A DNA stretch of 64,000 bases from Octopus sinensis. Its lineage: Eukaryota. The position numbers were made by a program, and so were the translations under genes. Under the pieces are notes generated by a model. It saw only the letters and a program-made list of their open reading frames with translations, made no database searches and was not told where the DNA came from. Location of the stretch: contig NC_042997.1 in NCBI RefSeq assembly GCF_006345805.1, forward strand, positions 207,328,001-207,392,000, given 5' to 3'. This document shows positions 22,600-36,166 of the stretch, piece after piece. Each line of letters begins with the position of its first letter. Positions within the stretch are counted from its first letter, which is position 1.

Positions 22600-25412
22600 C
22601 AGTAGTTTTATTTTTATAGCATGCTTTCACTTCACTACCGAGCGCAGCTCTGTGTGCCTTGGGTATGTGCTGTGATTTGTTGTGATGCTCTGATGGTTAT
22701 TGTATGGAAAGTGTTCTGTGTAGGATGTGTGCAGTGCCTAGTAGTGCAATTTTCTGTATGTTATATGTGTTTGTAAGTCCTGGTGTTTTTGTTATGTATT
22801 TGTCTGAATATTTTTTTATCATGCCTAATGCACCTACTATGATAGGAATTGTTTCTGTTTTCAGATTCCACATTCTAGTTACCTCTATTTCCAGGTCTTT
22901 GTGTTTTGAGAGTTTCTCCATTTCTTTTAGAGACACATTGTCATCTGCCGGTATTGATACATCAATTAGAAAGCATTTTTTTCTTCATGATCTCTGACAA
23001 CTATATCTGGTCTGTTGGCCTTAATTTCTCTATCTGTGTGTATCGGCATATCCCAGAGTATGGTTGCTTTCTCGTTTTCTGTGACCTTTTCTGGGGTGTG
23101 CCTATACCATCTTTTTTCTGTTGTTATTCCATAATGTTGGCATAGCTTCCAATGTATGTAGGTTCCAACTCTGTCATGTCTGTGAATATATTCCTTCTTA
23201 GCCAGGACTGGGCAGCTAGAGATAATATGATTTATTGTTTCTTGTCCATCTCCACATATTCTGCAGTTACTTGTAATATTTCTTTTCATTACATGTTTCT
23301 GGTAATTTCTGGTGGGGAGGCTTTGGTCTTGTGCTGCAATTAAAAATCCCTCTGTTTCTGCTTTGAGTCCTGAGCTTCTCAACCATTGCTGGGATTTTTC
23401 TTTGTCTATTTCTTTTGCGTTTAGTTTAGTGCAGTATTTACCATGAAGGGGTTTTTCTTGCCATCGTTTTATCATGGCTCGTTGCTGTTCTATTTTTAGT
23501 TTGGATTTCATTTGTTTTATAGCTTTTGTTGTTTCTTCATCTTCTTCTTCTTCTTCTTCATGTTTATTAGGTGGTATGATTTCTTGTTTGTATTTGTCAG
23601 CTTCCTTAAATACTGAGAACAGTTTTTTGTTTTGCTCGTGTTTTGCTGCTATCTGGATCAGTTTTCCTTCCTTCTGAAGTAGGTATTTTTGCAGTCCTAT
23701 GGTGGTTATTTTATAGTAGTTTTCCAGCTGTATAAGGCCTCTACCACCTTCTATACGTTGTATATATAGTCTTTCTATGTCAGATTTTGGGTGATGCATC
23801 CTAGATCCTGTCATTATTTTCTTGTTTTTCCTATCTATTTTGGACAGTTCATTTCGTGTCCAGTTAAGGATATTGTAGCTGTAACTTATAACTGGGACAG
23901 CTAAAGTGTTGATACCTATTATCTTGTTTTTAGCATTGCGCTCTGTTTTTAGTATTGATCTAACTCGTCTATAATATTCTTTTTTTATTTTCTCTTTCAT
24001 TTGTGTGTTGTGTCTTATCTAGTTCATGGATTCCTAAGTATTTGTAAGTTTGGCTTTGGTCTAATTCTTTTATTTCATTGGTTTTATCTAGTGTGATGTT
24101 GTTACTCTTAACTAGTTTTCCTCTTTTCATGGTTACTTTGGCGCATTTTTCTAATCCAAATTTCATATCTATTTCTTTGGTAAATCCATGAACTGTCTTT
24201 AATAGTGTTTCCAGCTGTTTGTCATTTGCAGCGTATAGTTTTAGGTCATCCATATATAAAAGGTGGCTGATCGTTTTGCCGTAACATTTATATCCGCATC
24301 CAGTTCTCTTTAGCATATCAGATAGAGGTGACAGTGCCAAGCAGAAAAGGAGTGGAGAGAGCGTGTCTCCCTGGAATATTCCTCTTCTAATGGGGATGTC
24401 TTTGGTTTTCATGAGTCTCTCTTTTGTTTGGAGGTGTAGGACTGTTTGCCATTTATTCATAGAGTGCTCTATGAATTTTATGATTGTTGGTGCTACTTTG
24501 TTAATGGCTAGTGTTTCGAGGATCCATGTGTGGGGGATGCTATCAAACGCCTTTTCGTAGTCAATCCAGGCCATACTGAGGCCTTTCTTCTTTCTGTGGC
24601 TGTCTTCAGTTACGGCTTTATTAATCATTAGTTGATCTTTACAGCCATATGAGCCCTTGCGGCATCCTTTCTGCTCTTCTGGGAACAGTTTGTTTTCGTC
24701 CAGGTGCTTGTTCATCCTTTGCGATATCACTGCAGTAAATGCCTTGAACATAGTAGGGAGGCAGGTTATTGGTCTGTAGTTTTCTGGTTTTGTTGTTTCA
24801 TTTGATTTGGGAATTAAGATGGTTTTCCCCTTCGTGAGCCATTCAAGCATTGTCTCTGGCTCTGCTAGTATGCTGTTAAAGTTTTCAGCCAGCTTTTTGT
24901 GCATTCCTGTTAGATATTTCAACCAGAAGTTGGGGATCTTGTCATGCCCAGGTGCCTTCCAGTTGCTTAGTTTTTGCAGTGCCTGGGTGACCTCTTCAGT
25001 TGTTATGGGGGTCCAAAGTTGTTCAGATGCCGAGTTTGTTATTTTCATACTCCTTTTTTTTGGTTGTTCGTTCGCCGACCATATTTCTTTCCAGAATTCT
25101 TCCAATTCTTCTGCCGTTGGTGCTGCCGTGACTTCTATTTTATTTTTGCCCAGTTCTTGGTAGAACTTTTTGGGGTCAGAGTTGAACTTTTTGTTCTGTT
25201 CAAAGAAGCGTTGGCGTTTCTCGTACCGGCGGATCCTTTGAGCTTTGGCAAGGATATCTTGCTTCAGCTTTTCTTTTATCTCCGGCAAATCTTTTTCTGT
25301 GATGTTATATTTGCGGAGCATTTTTGTTCTCTTTTTGTTGCTCAGTAGCGTTGCTTGTTTGCTGATTTCATTAAGAATCGACAGGTCTTTTCTAATTTTT
25401 TTTTATTTTGTT
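22600..25412 (-). mobile_element. R4/Dong LINE family A, copy A1 (5'-truncated)
   Basis: RT (NYRPITCL, GIFQGDTLSPLLF, YMDD), CCHC CRICG...HIISSC and REL domain RPDIVV. (TAA)n on both sides. Confidence 0.95.
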
Positions 25413-25421
25413 ATTATTATA

Positions 25422-25457
<36 letters not shown>

Positions 25458-25458
25458 A

Positions 25459-25536
<78 letters not shown>

Positions 25537-25553
25537 TAATTAATTATTATTAA

Positions 25554-25602
<49 letters not shown>

Positions 25603-25832
25603 ATTATTATTAATATTATTATTATTATTATTAATATTATTATTATATTATTATTATTATTATTATTATTATAATTATTATTAATATTATTATTATTATT
25701 ATTAATATCATTATTATTATTATTATTATTAATATTATTATTATTATTATTATAATTATTATTATTATTATTATTATTATTATAATTATTATGAATATTA
25801 TTATTCTTATTATTAATATCATTATTATTATT
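25413..25832. repeat. ~420 bp imperfect (ATT)n microsatellite between Dong A1 and A2
   Basis: Directly visible. Confidence 0.97.
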
Positions 25833-28800
25833 CAGTAGTTTTATTTTTATAGTGTGCTTTCACTTCACTACCGAGCGCAGCTCTGTGTGCCTTGGGTATG
25901 TGCTGTGATTTGTTGTGATGCTCTGATGGTTATTGTATGGAAAGTGTTCTGCGTAGGATGTGTGCAGTGCCTAGTAGTGCAATTTTCTGTATGTTATATG
26001 TGTTTGTAAGTCCTGGTGTTTTTGTTATGTATTTGTCTGAATATTTTTTTATCATGCCTAATGCACCTACTATGATAGGAATTGTTTCTGTTTTCAGATT
26101 CCACATTCTAGTTACCTCTATTTCCAGGTCTTTGTGTTTTGAGAGTTTCTCCATTTCTTTTAGAGACATGTTGTCATCTGCCGGTATTGATACATCAATT
26201 AGAAAGCATTTTTTTCTTCATGATCTCTGACAACTATATCTGGTCTGTTGGCCTTAATTTCTCTATCTGTGTGTATCGGCATATCCCAGAGTATGGTTAC
26301 TTTCTCGTTTTCTGTGACCTTTTCTGGGGTGTGCCTATACCATCTTTTTTCTGTTGTTATTCCATAATGTTGGCATAGCTTTCAATGTATGTAGGTTCCA
26401 ACTCTGTCATGTCTGTGAATATATTCCTTCTTAGCCAGGACTGGGCAGCTAGAGATAATATGATTTATTGTTTCTTGTCCATCTCCACATATTCTGCAGT
26501 TACTTGTAATATTTCTTTTCATTACATATTTTTGGTAATTTCTGGTGGGGAGGCTTTGGTCTTGTGCTGCAATTAAAAATCCCTCTGTCTCTGCTTTGAG
26601 TCCTGAGCTTCTTAACCATTGCTGGGATTTTTCTTCGTGGATTTTTCTTTGTCTATTTCTTTTGCGTTTATTTTAGTCCAGTATTTACCATGAAGGGGCT
26701 TTTCTTGCCATCGTTTTATCGTGGTTCATTGCTGTTCTATTTTTAGTTTGGATTTCATTTGTTTTATAGCTTTTGTTGTTTCTTCATCTTCTTCTTCTTC
26801 TTCTTCATGTTTATTAGGTAGTATGATTTCTTGTTTGTATTTGTCAGCTTCCTTAAATACTGAGAACAGTTTTTTGTTTTGCTCGTGTTTTGCTGCTATC
26901 TGGATCAGTTTTCCTTCCTTCTGAAGTAGATATTTTTGCAGTCCTATGGTGGTTATTTTATAGTAGTTTTCCAGCTGTATAAGGCCTCTACCACCTTCTA
27001 TACGTTGTATATATAGTCTTTCTATGTCAGATTTTGGGTGATGCATCCTAGATCCTGTCATTATTTTTTTGTTTTCCTATCTATTTTGGACAGTTCATTT
27101 CGTGTCCAGTTAAGGATATTGTAGCTGTAACTTATAACTGGGACAGCTAAAGTGTTGATACCTATTATCTTGTTTTTAGCATTGAGCTCTGTTTTTAGTA
27201 TTGATCTAACTCGTCTATAATATTCTTTTTTTATTTTCTCTTTCATTTGTGTGTGTTGTGTCTTATCTAGTTCATGGATTCCTAAGTATTTGTAAGTTTG
27301 GCTTTGGTCTAATTCTTTTATTTCATTGGTTTTATCTAGTGTGATGTTGTTACTCTTAACTAGTTTTCCTCTTTTCATGGTTACTTTGGCACATTTTTCT
27401 AATCCAAATTTCATATCTATTTCTTTGGTAAATCCATGAACTGTCTTTAATAGTGTTTCCAGCTGTTTGTCATTTGCAGCGTATAGTTTTAGGTCATCCA
27501 TATATAAAAGGTGGCTGATCGTTTTGCCGTAACATTTATATCCGCATCCAGTTCTCTTTAGCATATCAGATAGAGGTGACAGTGCCAAGCAGAAAAGGAG
27601 TGGAGAGAGCGTGTCTCCCTGGAATATTCCTCTTCTAATGGGGATGTCTTTGGTTTTCATGAGTCCCTCTTTTGTTGGAGGTGTAGGACTGTTTGCCATT
27701 TATTCATAGAGTGCTCTATGAATTTTATAATTGTTGGTGCTACTTTGTTAATGGCTAGTGTTTCGAGGATCCATGTGTGGGGGATGCTATCAAACGCCTT
27801 TTTGTAGTCAATCCAGGCCATACTGAGGCCTTTCTTCTTTCTGTGGCTGTCTTCAGTTACGGCTTTATTAATCATTAGTTGATCTTTACAGCCATATGAG
27901 CCCTTGCGGCATCCTTTCTGCTCTTCTGGGAACAGTTTGTTTTCGTCCAGGTGCTTGTTCATCCTTTGCGATATCACTGCAGTAAATGCCTTGAACATAG
28001 TAGGGAGGCAGGTTATTGGTCTGTAGTTTTCTGGTTTTGCTGTTTCATTTGATTTGGGAATTAAGATGGTTTTCCCCTTCGTGAGCCATTCAGGCATTGT
28101 CTCTGGCTCTGCTAGTATGCTGTTAAAGTTTTCAGCCAGCTTTTTGTGAATTCCTGTTAGATATTTCAGCCAGAAGTTGGGGATCTTGTCATGTCCAGGT
28201 GCCTTCCAGTTGCTTAGTTTTTGCAGTGCCTGGGTGACCTCTTCAGTTGTTATGGGGGTCCAAAGTTGTTCAGATGCTGAGTTTGTTATTTTCATACTCC
28301 TTTTTTTTGGCTGTTCGTTCGCCGACCATATTTCTCTCCAAAATTCTTCCAATTCTTCTGCCGTTGGTGCTGCAGTGACTTCTATTTTATTTTTGCCCAG
28401 TTCTTGGTAGAACTTTTTGGGGTTGGAGTTGAACATTTTGTTCTGTTCAAAGAAGCGTTGGCGTTTCTCGTACCGGCGGATCCTTTGAGCTTTGGCAAGG
28501 ATATCTTGCTTCAGCTTTTCTTTTATCTCCGGCAGATCTTTTTCTGTGATGTTATATTTGCGGAGCATTTTTGTTCTCTTTTTGTTGCTCAGTAGCGTTG
28601 AGTGTTTGCTGATTTCATTAAGAATCGACAGGTCTTTTCTAATTTTTTTTATTTTGTTTTGGATGTTATTTATCCACAGGGTTTGTTTGGGTGGTGGTAC
28701 TCCTGTTTGGGCGGCTTTTGGTGAGTATCCAGCTTCTTTTGTGGCTGCAGTGGCTGCTGCGTATATTATGTCATTTAGCTCAGTGATATCACTTTTTTTT

Positions 28801-29853
28801 GTTTCAGTGGCTAGTTCAGTGACGGCTAGGTTTATGCTGTTTATAATCGGTGTTGTTATTTCGTTTATTTTGATTCTTGGGAGGTATGGTCGGTGGTCCA
28901 TTTTGAGCTCTGTGGTTTTCAGTTCTTTGATTATTTTATTTTTTATATTATCATAATCATTAGGTTCCCCTTCGTTGTTTACATCGTGTTTGTTGGGAAT
29001 GTTGCGTTTGTCTTCGTGTTTTACAGTTTCAGTGTTTATATTATTGGGCATTGTTGTGTGGCTTCTATCTACATTTTCCTGGTGTATTTTTTCTTTTAAA
29101 TGTTCTATTTCTATTTCTGATATTTTTTTGGCTTTTAGAATGTATCTTCGTACGTTAGCTAATTTATTAGGGTTCATTGCTGTATCCAAGTCTATATCTC
29201 TATTATTTTCCTTCCATATTTTATATGTATGTGTTGCTGTATTTTCATTTTTTGGGTAGAGCATTGCTGTGAAGTATGCGTGTAAGATAGAAATGTATTC
29301 CTCACGTGTCCATTTACATCTTTTGGGTTTTATTTGTGGGACATGAGGTACAACGTCCGGCCCATTATTTTGACGGTCGTCATTTTCGTAGGGTACCGGT
29401 CCATTTATTTCTGTTGTCACATTATTTCGCACGTGTAGTTTTTCGTACATTTTTTGTTGTAAGTTTAATGTACATACCGCTCGATTGTTATTCTTGGGTT
29501 GAATAGTATCGGTGGCATTTAATTTCTTCGTAGTTCCTTTGTACATGGTGTTTGGGGTCGGGGATGATCGTGATGTTCCACGCATGTTTACATGTGTTGT
29601 GGAGATGATATCGAGTCAAAATACATCATTTCGTTTCGAAAATAGTAATAAATTTCAATTAGTATTACTTACTCGGATACAGTCCAATTCTTTGTTAGTA
29701 AATCTTTGGCTCCATAGGATGTCCTTGTTTTCGATGTTTGTGGATAGATTTTCGGAGCTCTGTATTTTCCTTCTTACATCTTAAACATCCCCGGTGTTCT
29801 CTCTCTTAAACGTCCCCGGTGTTCTGTTCTCTCTCTTAAACGTCCCCGGTGTT
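25833..29853 (-). mobile_element. R4/Dong LINE family A, copy A2 (apparently full length)
   Basis: ORF pieces 27657-29585, 27061-27699, 26726-27061 and 25930-26169; N-terminal KWTREEY Myb-like motif; nearly identical to A1; TAA flanks. Confidence 0.95.
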
Positions 29854-29872
29854 ATTATTATTATTATTAATA

Positions 29873-29922
<50 letters not shown>

Positions 29923-29935
29923 ATTATTATTATTA

Positions 29936-29966
<31 letters not shown>

Positions 29967-29980
29967 ATTATTATTATTAC

Positions 29981-30026
<46 letters not shown>

Positions 30027-30027
<1 letters not shown>

Positions 30028-30165
30028 CATGTTTGACTTTTGCTTTATGTCTGTACAAGTTGGCTCCAAGTCTCACCCAGAGACCTCAAGAGACAACAGG
30101 TTAGAAGTTCTGTGCCATACATTTGGGTTTTTTTTTTTTTTTTGGTGTTGTACTAGTGAATACAT

Positions 30166-30175
<10 letters not shown>
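30027..30175 (-). mobile_element. ~150 bp 3' tip of Dong family C between (ATT)n tracts
   Basis: Matches 36167-36320. Confidence 0.8.
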
Positions 30176-30196
<21 letters not shown>

Positions 30197-30223
30197 TTAA
30201 TATTATTATTATTATTATTAATA

Positions 30224-30267
<44 letters not shown>

Positions 30268-30277
30268 ATGTTATTAA

Positions 30278-30328
<51 letters not shown>

Positions 30329-30347
30329 AATTATTATTATTATTAAA

Positions 30348-30407
<60 letters not shown>

Positions 30408-30479
30408 ATTATTATTATCAATTTTATTATTATTATTAATATTATTATTATCATTATTATTATTATTATTATTATTATT
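30176..30479. repeat. (ATT)n microsatellite
   Basis: Directly visible; further tracts at 29854-30026, 34740-34977, 36002-36166, 37621-37854 and 38404-38490. Confidence 0.97.
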
Positions 30480-33400
30480 TTTCTTTCTTCTTTGAAATTT
30501 TCTTCCATTTCTTGCCGAGTGTCTTCCCGAAACCTAGGGCACAGAAACTCATAGTGTATATTGGTAGGCCATTAAACCGAACTCAGTAGTTCGTTCATAT
30601 TTTTTTTTTTTTTTTTTTTTTTAAGTTAAATTAAAATACATGAGCAGCAACAGTTCTCACATCGACAATGCTTTTCTCAATACGTGTGATGTACCAGTTA
30701 AGACTATCTTTTGCACTTCTTGCAGGGATGGTAAGCCGGGGATCATTCTCATATAATTTTCGGTTCCCTTCTTGATCATTCCTAGTGCTCCTACGATCAC
30801 TGGTATTGTAACCGCCTTGAGATGCCACATTTTCTCAATTTCAATGAGTAGGTCTTTATATTTTCTGAGCTTGTCAAACTCTTTCGCTGAGATATTATGA
30901 TCACAGGGGATGCTCATGTTGATCAATAAGCAAACTTTATTGTTTTAGTCTTTCACAACAATATCTGGTTTATTGGCCTTGATGGTTCGGTCTGTATGTA
31001 GTGGAAAGTCCCACAGAATGGTTACATTTTCTCCTTCAGTTACAGCCTCAGGGTGGTGATTATACCACTTGTCGGCAGTTTTGATATTGTAATGCCGACT
31101 TATTAGCCAGTGGAGATATTGGCCAACTCTGTCATGTCTTAATTTATACTCCACTGGTGCTAAGACTTTACATCCAGAGATTAGGTGGTCCACTGTTTCA
31201 ATCATGTCGTTACAGAATCGGCATTTTGGGTCTGCTCCATTTTTCATCACATTGGCCTGGTAGTTCCGGGTTAATAGGCTCTGGTCTTGAGCAGCCAGGA
31301 TGAAACCTTCGCTCTCTGCTTTTAGCCCTGAGCTCCGCAGCCACTGATGGGTTTGCTTCTGGTCAACATCAGCTTGTTTGCTGCGGGTCACATATTTGCC
31401 GTGCAGAGGTTTCTCCTCCCACCTATCAGCCAATTGCTCGTGCGCTTTTTTCATTGCCATCATTTTCACCTTCTTTGCAACAATAGTTGCCGTACTTCCC
31501 TCGGGTTGTTCAGTTTGGGTATCCTGCACGAGATCAATAGCAAATTTTTTGCTTTCCTTGATGATAGAATGAAGCTTCTTTCGTCTCTCGTGATTTTCCA
31601 CGAGCTTTAGCATCCAGTCATTCGATATTTCGAGATATTTGGCCAGTCCAATTGTGGTTGTTTTGTAAGCTAGTTCAAATTGGATCAGGCCTCGACCTCC
31701 TTGGGCTCTGGGAAGGTAAAGGCGATCTACGTCTGCCTTTGGGTGGTGCATCCTATTACAACTCAGCAGCTTGCGTATTTTTCTATCTATATTCTTTACT
31801 TCACTCATATTCCAGTTCAACACATTGTAGCTATAAGTAACAACTGGAACTGCTAAGGAATTTATAGCTAACACCTTGTTACGTGCATTTAGTTCAGATT
31901 TCAGGACTGCACGAACTCTCCTATAACATTCCTTCCTGATTTTCTCTTTCATGCTTGCATGCTGAATACCAGAGCCTTCATTTATCCCTAAATATTTGTA
32001 TGTTTGTTCTTGCTCAAGCTCTCTTATGACTGTGTCAACATCTAACACGACTGAATTTGTGGTCTTCACTTTCCCTTTCTGGAAAGTGGCCTTGGCACAC
32101 TTCTCAAGTCCAAACTCCATCCCGATGTCATCGCTGAATGCTTTCACGGTGCGCAATAGGCCTTCAAGTTCATTATTGTCTTTACCATAAAGTTTTAAGT
32201 CATCCATATAAAATAGATGGCTTATTTTTTTATTGGCAATTTTATACCCATACCCTGTTCTGTTTAATTCACTTGTAAGGGGTATTAGGGCTATGCAGAA
32301 TATTAAAGGTGAATGTGAGTCACCTTGAAAAATTCCACAGTTGATGTTTATATTTTCTGAGGCAAGTACTCCATTAGAGTGGTATAATTGGAGATTCGTA
32401 TTCCACAACGACATATTGTGCTTCAGGAAGTTTGAAATCACAGGGGAAATTTTGAAGATGTCCAGCGATCTCAAGATCCATGGATGCGGTATACTGTCGA
32501 AAGCCTTTTTATAGTCAATCCATGCGGTGCTGAGATTTCTGCGCTTGTTGTGACAGTTCTCAAGGATCATACGATTGATTAGCAGTTGATCTTTGCATCC
32601 GTAAGAGCCTCGGCGGCACCCTTTTTGTTCAATGGGGAAAATATCGTTCTTCTCCATGAATACATATGTTTTCTCCGCCAGGATAGATGTTAGGATTTTA
32701 TACGTGGTGGATAGACAGGTTATAGGCCGATAGTTTTTTGGAAGGTTGGTTTCGTTATTCTTTGGGAGTAGGTAAGTAATGCCACTTGCTAACCATTCAG
32801 GTGTTTTCTTTGGGTCTCTCATAATTCCATTGAGCAGCTGAACTAGCTTACCATATGCGCATGGGAGCGATGCGAGCCAGAAATTCGGCACCCTATCTTT
32901 ACCGGGGGATTTCCAATTATGGGCCTTCGTGAGTGCCTTTCTTAGGTCTGCTATTGTGATGTCTTCCCATGCTTGTTGTTGTAAATTTTGGTAGGATCCT
33001 TCAGTTTGTATAATCCAGTCTGCATTTATGTTGTACGTCTTCTTGTCACTCCAAATCCTTTTCCAAAAGTTTTGAACTTCTTCCATGGGAGGGGGGTCTT
33101 TAACGGTTACTTTCTCCTTCCCTATTTCTCTGTAGAATTTTTGGCATTGGATGTGAACAGCTTATTTTGCTTGTAAAACTTGTTTCTCTTCTCAAATCTT
33201 CGTATTCTTTGGGCTTTTGCTTGGACTTTTGTTTCGGCGTTTCTTTTATTGATATCAGTTCTTCTCTTGGTGAGGATCCAAATTTTCTCTTCATCTTTCT
33301 TCCTGTTCTGGATCTTACATCATTTCCACATATTAGTTCATTTAATATTGATATTTCCCCTCTCATAAATTCAATCTCTTTTTCAATTTTACTTCTCCAG

Positions 33401-34457
33401 GTTTGATTTCTTCCCAGGTTTTGTTTTCTTTGTTTTTTCGGGGGCATACAGCTGGTTTCAATTGCCCTAGCAGAAGCGTAAATAATTTCATTTAACTCAG
33501 TAAAATCAGGTTTTAATTCTCGTATTATTTCATTTGTTACATAGTTGCCAATTTGGATTTGTTTTTTATTTTGGTTTGTATTTGAGAGTTTATGAAGCGG
33601 TTCTCTATCATTCATACTTGTATGTCTTACAACTTCAAGCGTATTCAGGATTTTCTGCCTCATTTCTGCCATAGACTCTCTGTGTTCTTCAGCAAATGCG
33701 AGATCTTCAGTTACTGTTGTTTTTTCGTTTTCCTGGCTATCTTTAACAGGTACAATAGAATTTCTTGTATCTTCAGGCCTTTGCGTACTTTGGTCAGATG
33801 GCAGTGTTTCAATTAAGCCTTGTGGCGGGCTATACTGTTCATCTGATTCTTCATTTCCTTTGTGTCTTATATTTATGTCATTTTCCGTTGTGTGCTTGAT
33901 CGCGCTTATTTCACTGTCTGTGAGTCTGTTATTTCTAAAGATATCCCTCCTCACATTTGCTAATTTGTTCTCGTCTAAATAGGGCCTACTGTCTTGATTC
34001 CGTGTTCTCCATATACTGTAAGAGTTTGCGGTGTGTCTCTCTTGAGATGGCCTACCTAATGCATAGTAATAAGCGTATATTACTTCTTTATACTCTTCTC
34101 GGGTCCATTTGTTCCACTTACATTTTTCTTTCTGTGGTGGTTGTGGTGGTGAACTTGGAGGGCTCGAGTTGGGGGATTTCCCGTTCAAGTGACCATCCAT
34201 GTCCGTATTCGGAGAAGAGTTTGTGCCAGTTGATGACTTTTCGATCCCAGGCTGGCTCATCCCTGGGGGACGCGCTTCCAGATTAACCATAGGACAAGCG
34301 ATTTGGTATACTGATTTAGTTTTCCTTTTAGTTTCCAAAACCATTTTGGTGCTACGATAATGTTATCATTTTTTTAGCTTTGATTGGCTCGTGGGGAGAC
34401 GGCCATCATTGCCGTTACAATTATAATCGTACCATCATAGCAGCCGTAGTCGGCTTA
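30480..34457 (-). mobile_element. R4/Dong LINE family B, near full length
   Basis: ORFs 33100-34344 (KWTREEYKEV), 30945-33086 (RT, CRFC..H...C, KPDIVV) and 30657-30926 (REL C-terminus). Confidence 0.95.
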
Positions 34458-34741
34458 TTATTGTTATTATCATCACCATTACCATCACTATCATCATTAT
34501 CACCACCATTACCATCATCATTATCATCATCACCATCACCATCACCACCATCATCATCAACGATATTGTTTTATGTGTAGTCACAGCAGTATCTTATTGT
34601 TATTTTTGTTTTTTTATCATTATCACCATCACAGTAGTGTCTGTCTGTCTCGTTGGCTGGCTGACTGCCTTTTTTTTTTTTCCTTTAGGTGCGGTCCTAT
34701 CAGTCAAAAAAAGTTCAGATGTTTACTACTATTAGGCTTTA

Positions 34742-34776
<35 letters not shown>

Positions 34777-34796
34777 ATTATTATTATTATTATTAT

Positions 34797-34827
<31 letters not shown>

Positions 34828-34977
34828 ATTATTATTATTATTATTATTAATATTATTAATTATTAATATAATTATTATTAATATTATTATTATTATTAAT
34901 ATTATTATTATTAATATTATTATTATTATTATTATTAATATTATTATTATTATATTATTAATATTATTATTATTATT

Positions 34978-36001
34978 AACTAGCAGTATCGCCCGGCGTT
35001 GCTCGGATTGTAAGGGAAATAACTATATAAGCATTTTTAGAGAGTTATAGCCAAAAGATAGCAAAAAAATGCATTAAAAATTGAAAAAAAATTAAGGTAA
35101 ATTTTTCTTTAAATCGTTGACACATCGTAGATATTTTTAGAGAGTTACTTCCCTTATATAAAAGCGAAAAAAAATGCATTAAATGGAAAAATATGATGGT
35201 AATTTTTTTTAAATCGTAGACTCATCGTAGACGCGCGCTAATACCCAGAAGGGCTCGTTTGTTATTCTGGGTAACTTTCTGTAAAATTATTAAAATTTTG
35301 TTCAAACATCGCTATAGAAAATGGGTTATTAGCTAATATTCAATTGGGTATACAACAAAATTTTACGATAGAATTTGTTATTGTGGGTAACTTTCTGATA
35401 CCCATAATAATATTTATGGCAAAATAGGCCTTAATTTCATTTAAGGTTGTGGGAAATAACAAACTATCGTTTCTTTCGTTTTGTTTACGTTTAGCGTAAT
35501 GATTTCAAATAGGCTCATTCGAAAAAGTAAATAGAAATAGTGTAAGGCTTTACTCTTCTGGGAAAGTCTGTGGCTTGGTGCAGTTTCTTCAGAAAAATCA
35601 CCGAAAGAAACAGTTTTTAAATTTTCACTCCATTCAGGTGCTAATTCGTGTTCTTAATCGCTGTCGGATTCACTGTTTTCACTTTAATAGCTGCCAACTT
35701 GCAAAACAAAGGAGGAGAAGGGTGATAGCGTGAGTGAAACAATTCGCTCCCTTTGTGTGTGTGTGCGTTTGCGTGTGGTGTAAACCAGACTAAGAAAAGC
35801 ATTTGACACACACACCAGAATGTGAGTTTTCTGTAAATTTTGCTTAATTGGAGTTTAAATTTTAAAAACTGGACCTGGCATGACGCGATGCATTGTACTC
35901 TTAAAACTTCTAGGTAAATTGTAATTGAAGAAATCCTATATTGTAGATTTGTATAACTCCCAAAGGGAGGCAGATAAAATCTGCCTTTTATAATAAGAGA
36001 T
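34978..36001 (+). mobile_element. DINE-1/Helentron-like non-autonomous element inside an (ATT)n tract
   Basis: 5' aACTAG..cccggcgttgctcgg; subterminal hairpin aggcagat-aaa-atctgcct; ends ttttataataagagat. Confidence 0.65.
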
Positions 36002-36057
36002 ATAATTATTATTAATATTATTATTATTATTAATATTATTATTATTATTATTATTAA

Positions 36058-36103
<46 letters not shown>

Positions 36104-36166
36104 ATTATTATTATTATTAATATAATTATTATTATTATTATTATTAATATCATTATTATTATTATT

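Noticed and set aside
30029-30508. Poly-Ile/poly-Leu ORFs (also 35641-36216, 37035-37860, and the HT/CV-repeat ORFs at 1404-2654)
   Set aside because: Translations of (ATT)n and (GT)n microsatellites.
34345-34457. HDV-like ribozyme at the Dong B 5' end (cgt-ctcccc-acg hairpin on the element strand)
   Set aside because: I could not build P1, P1.1 or P4; only isolated short hairpins are present.
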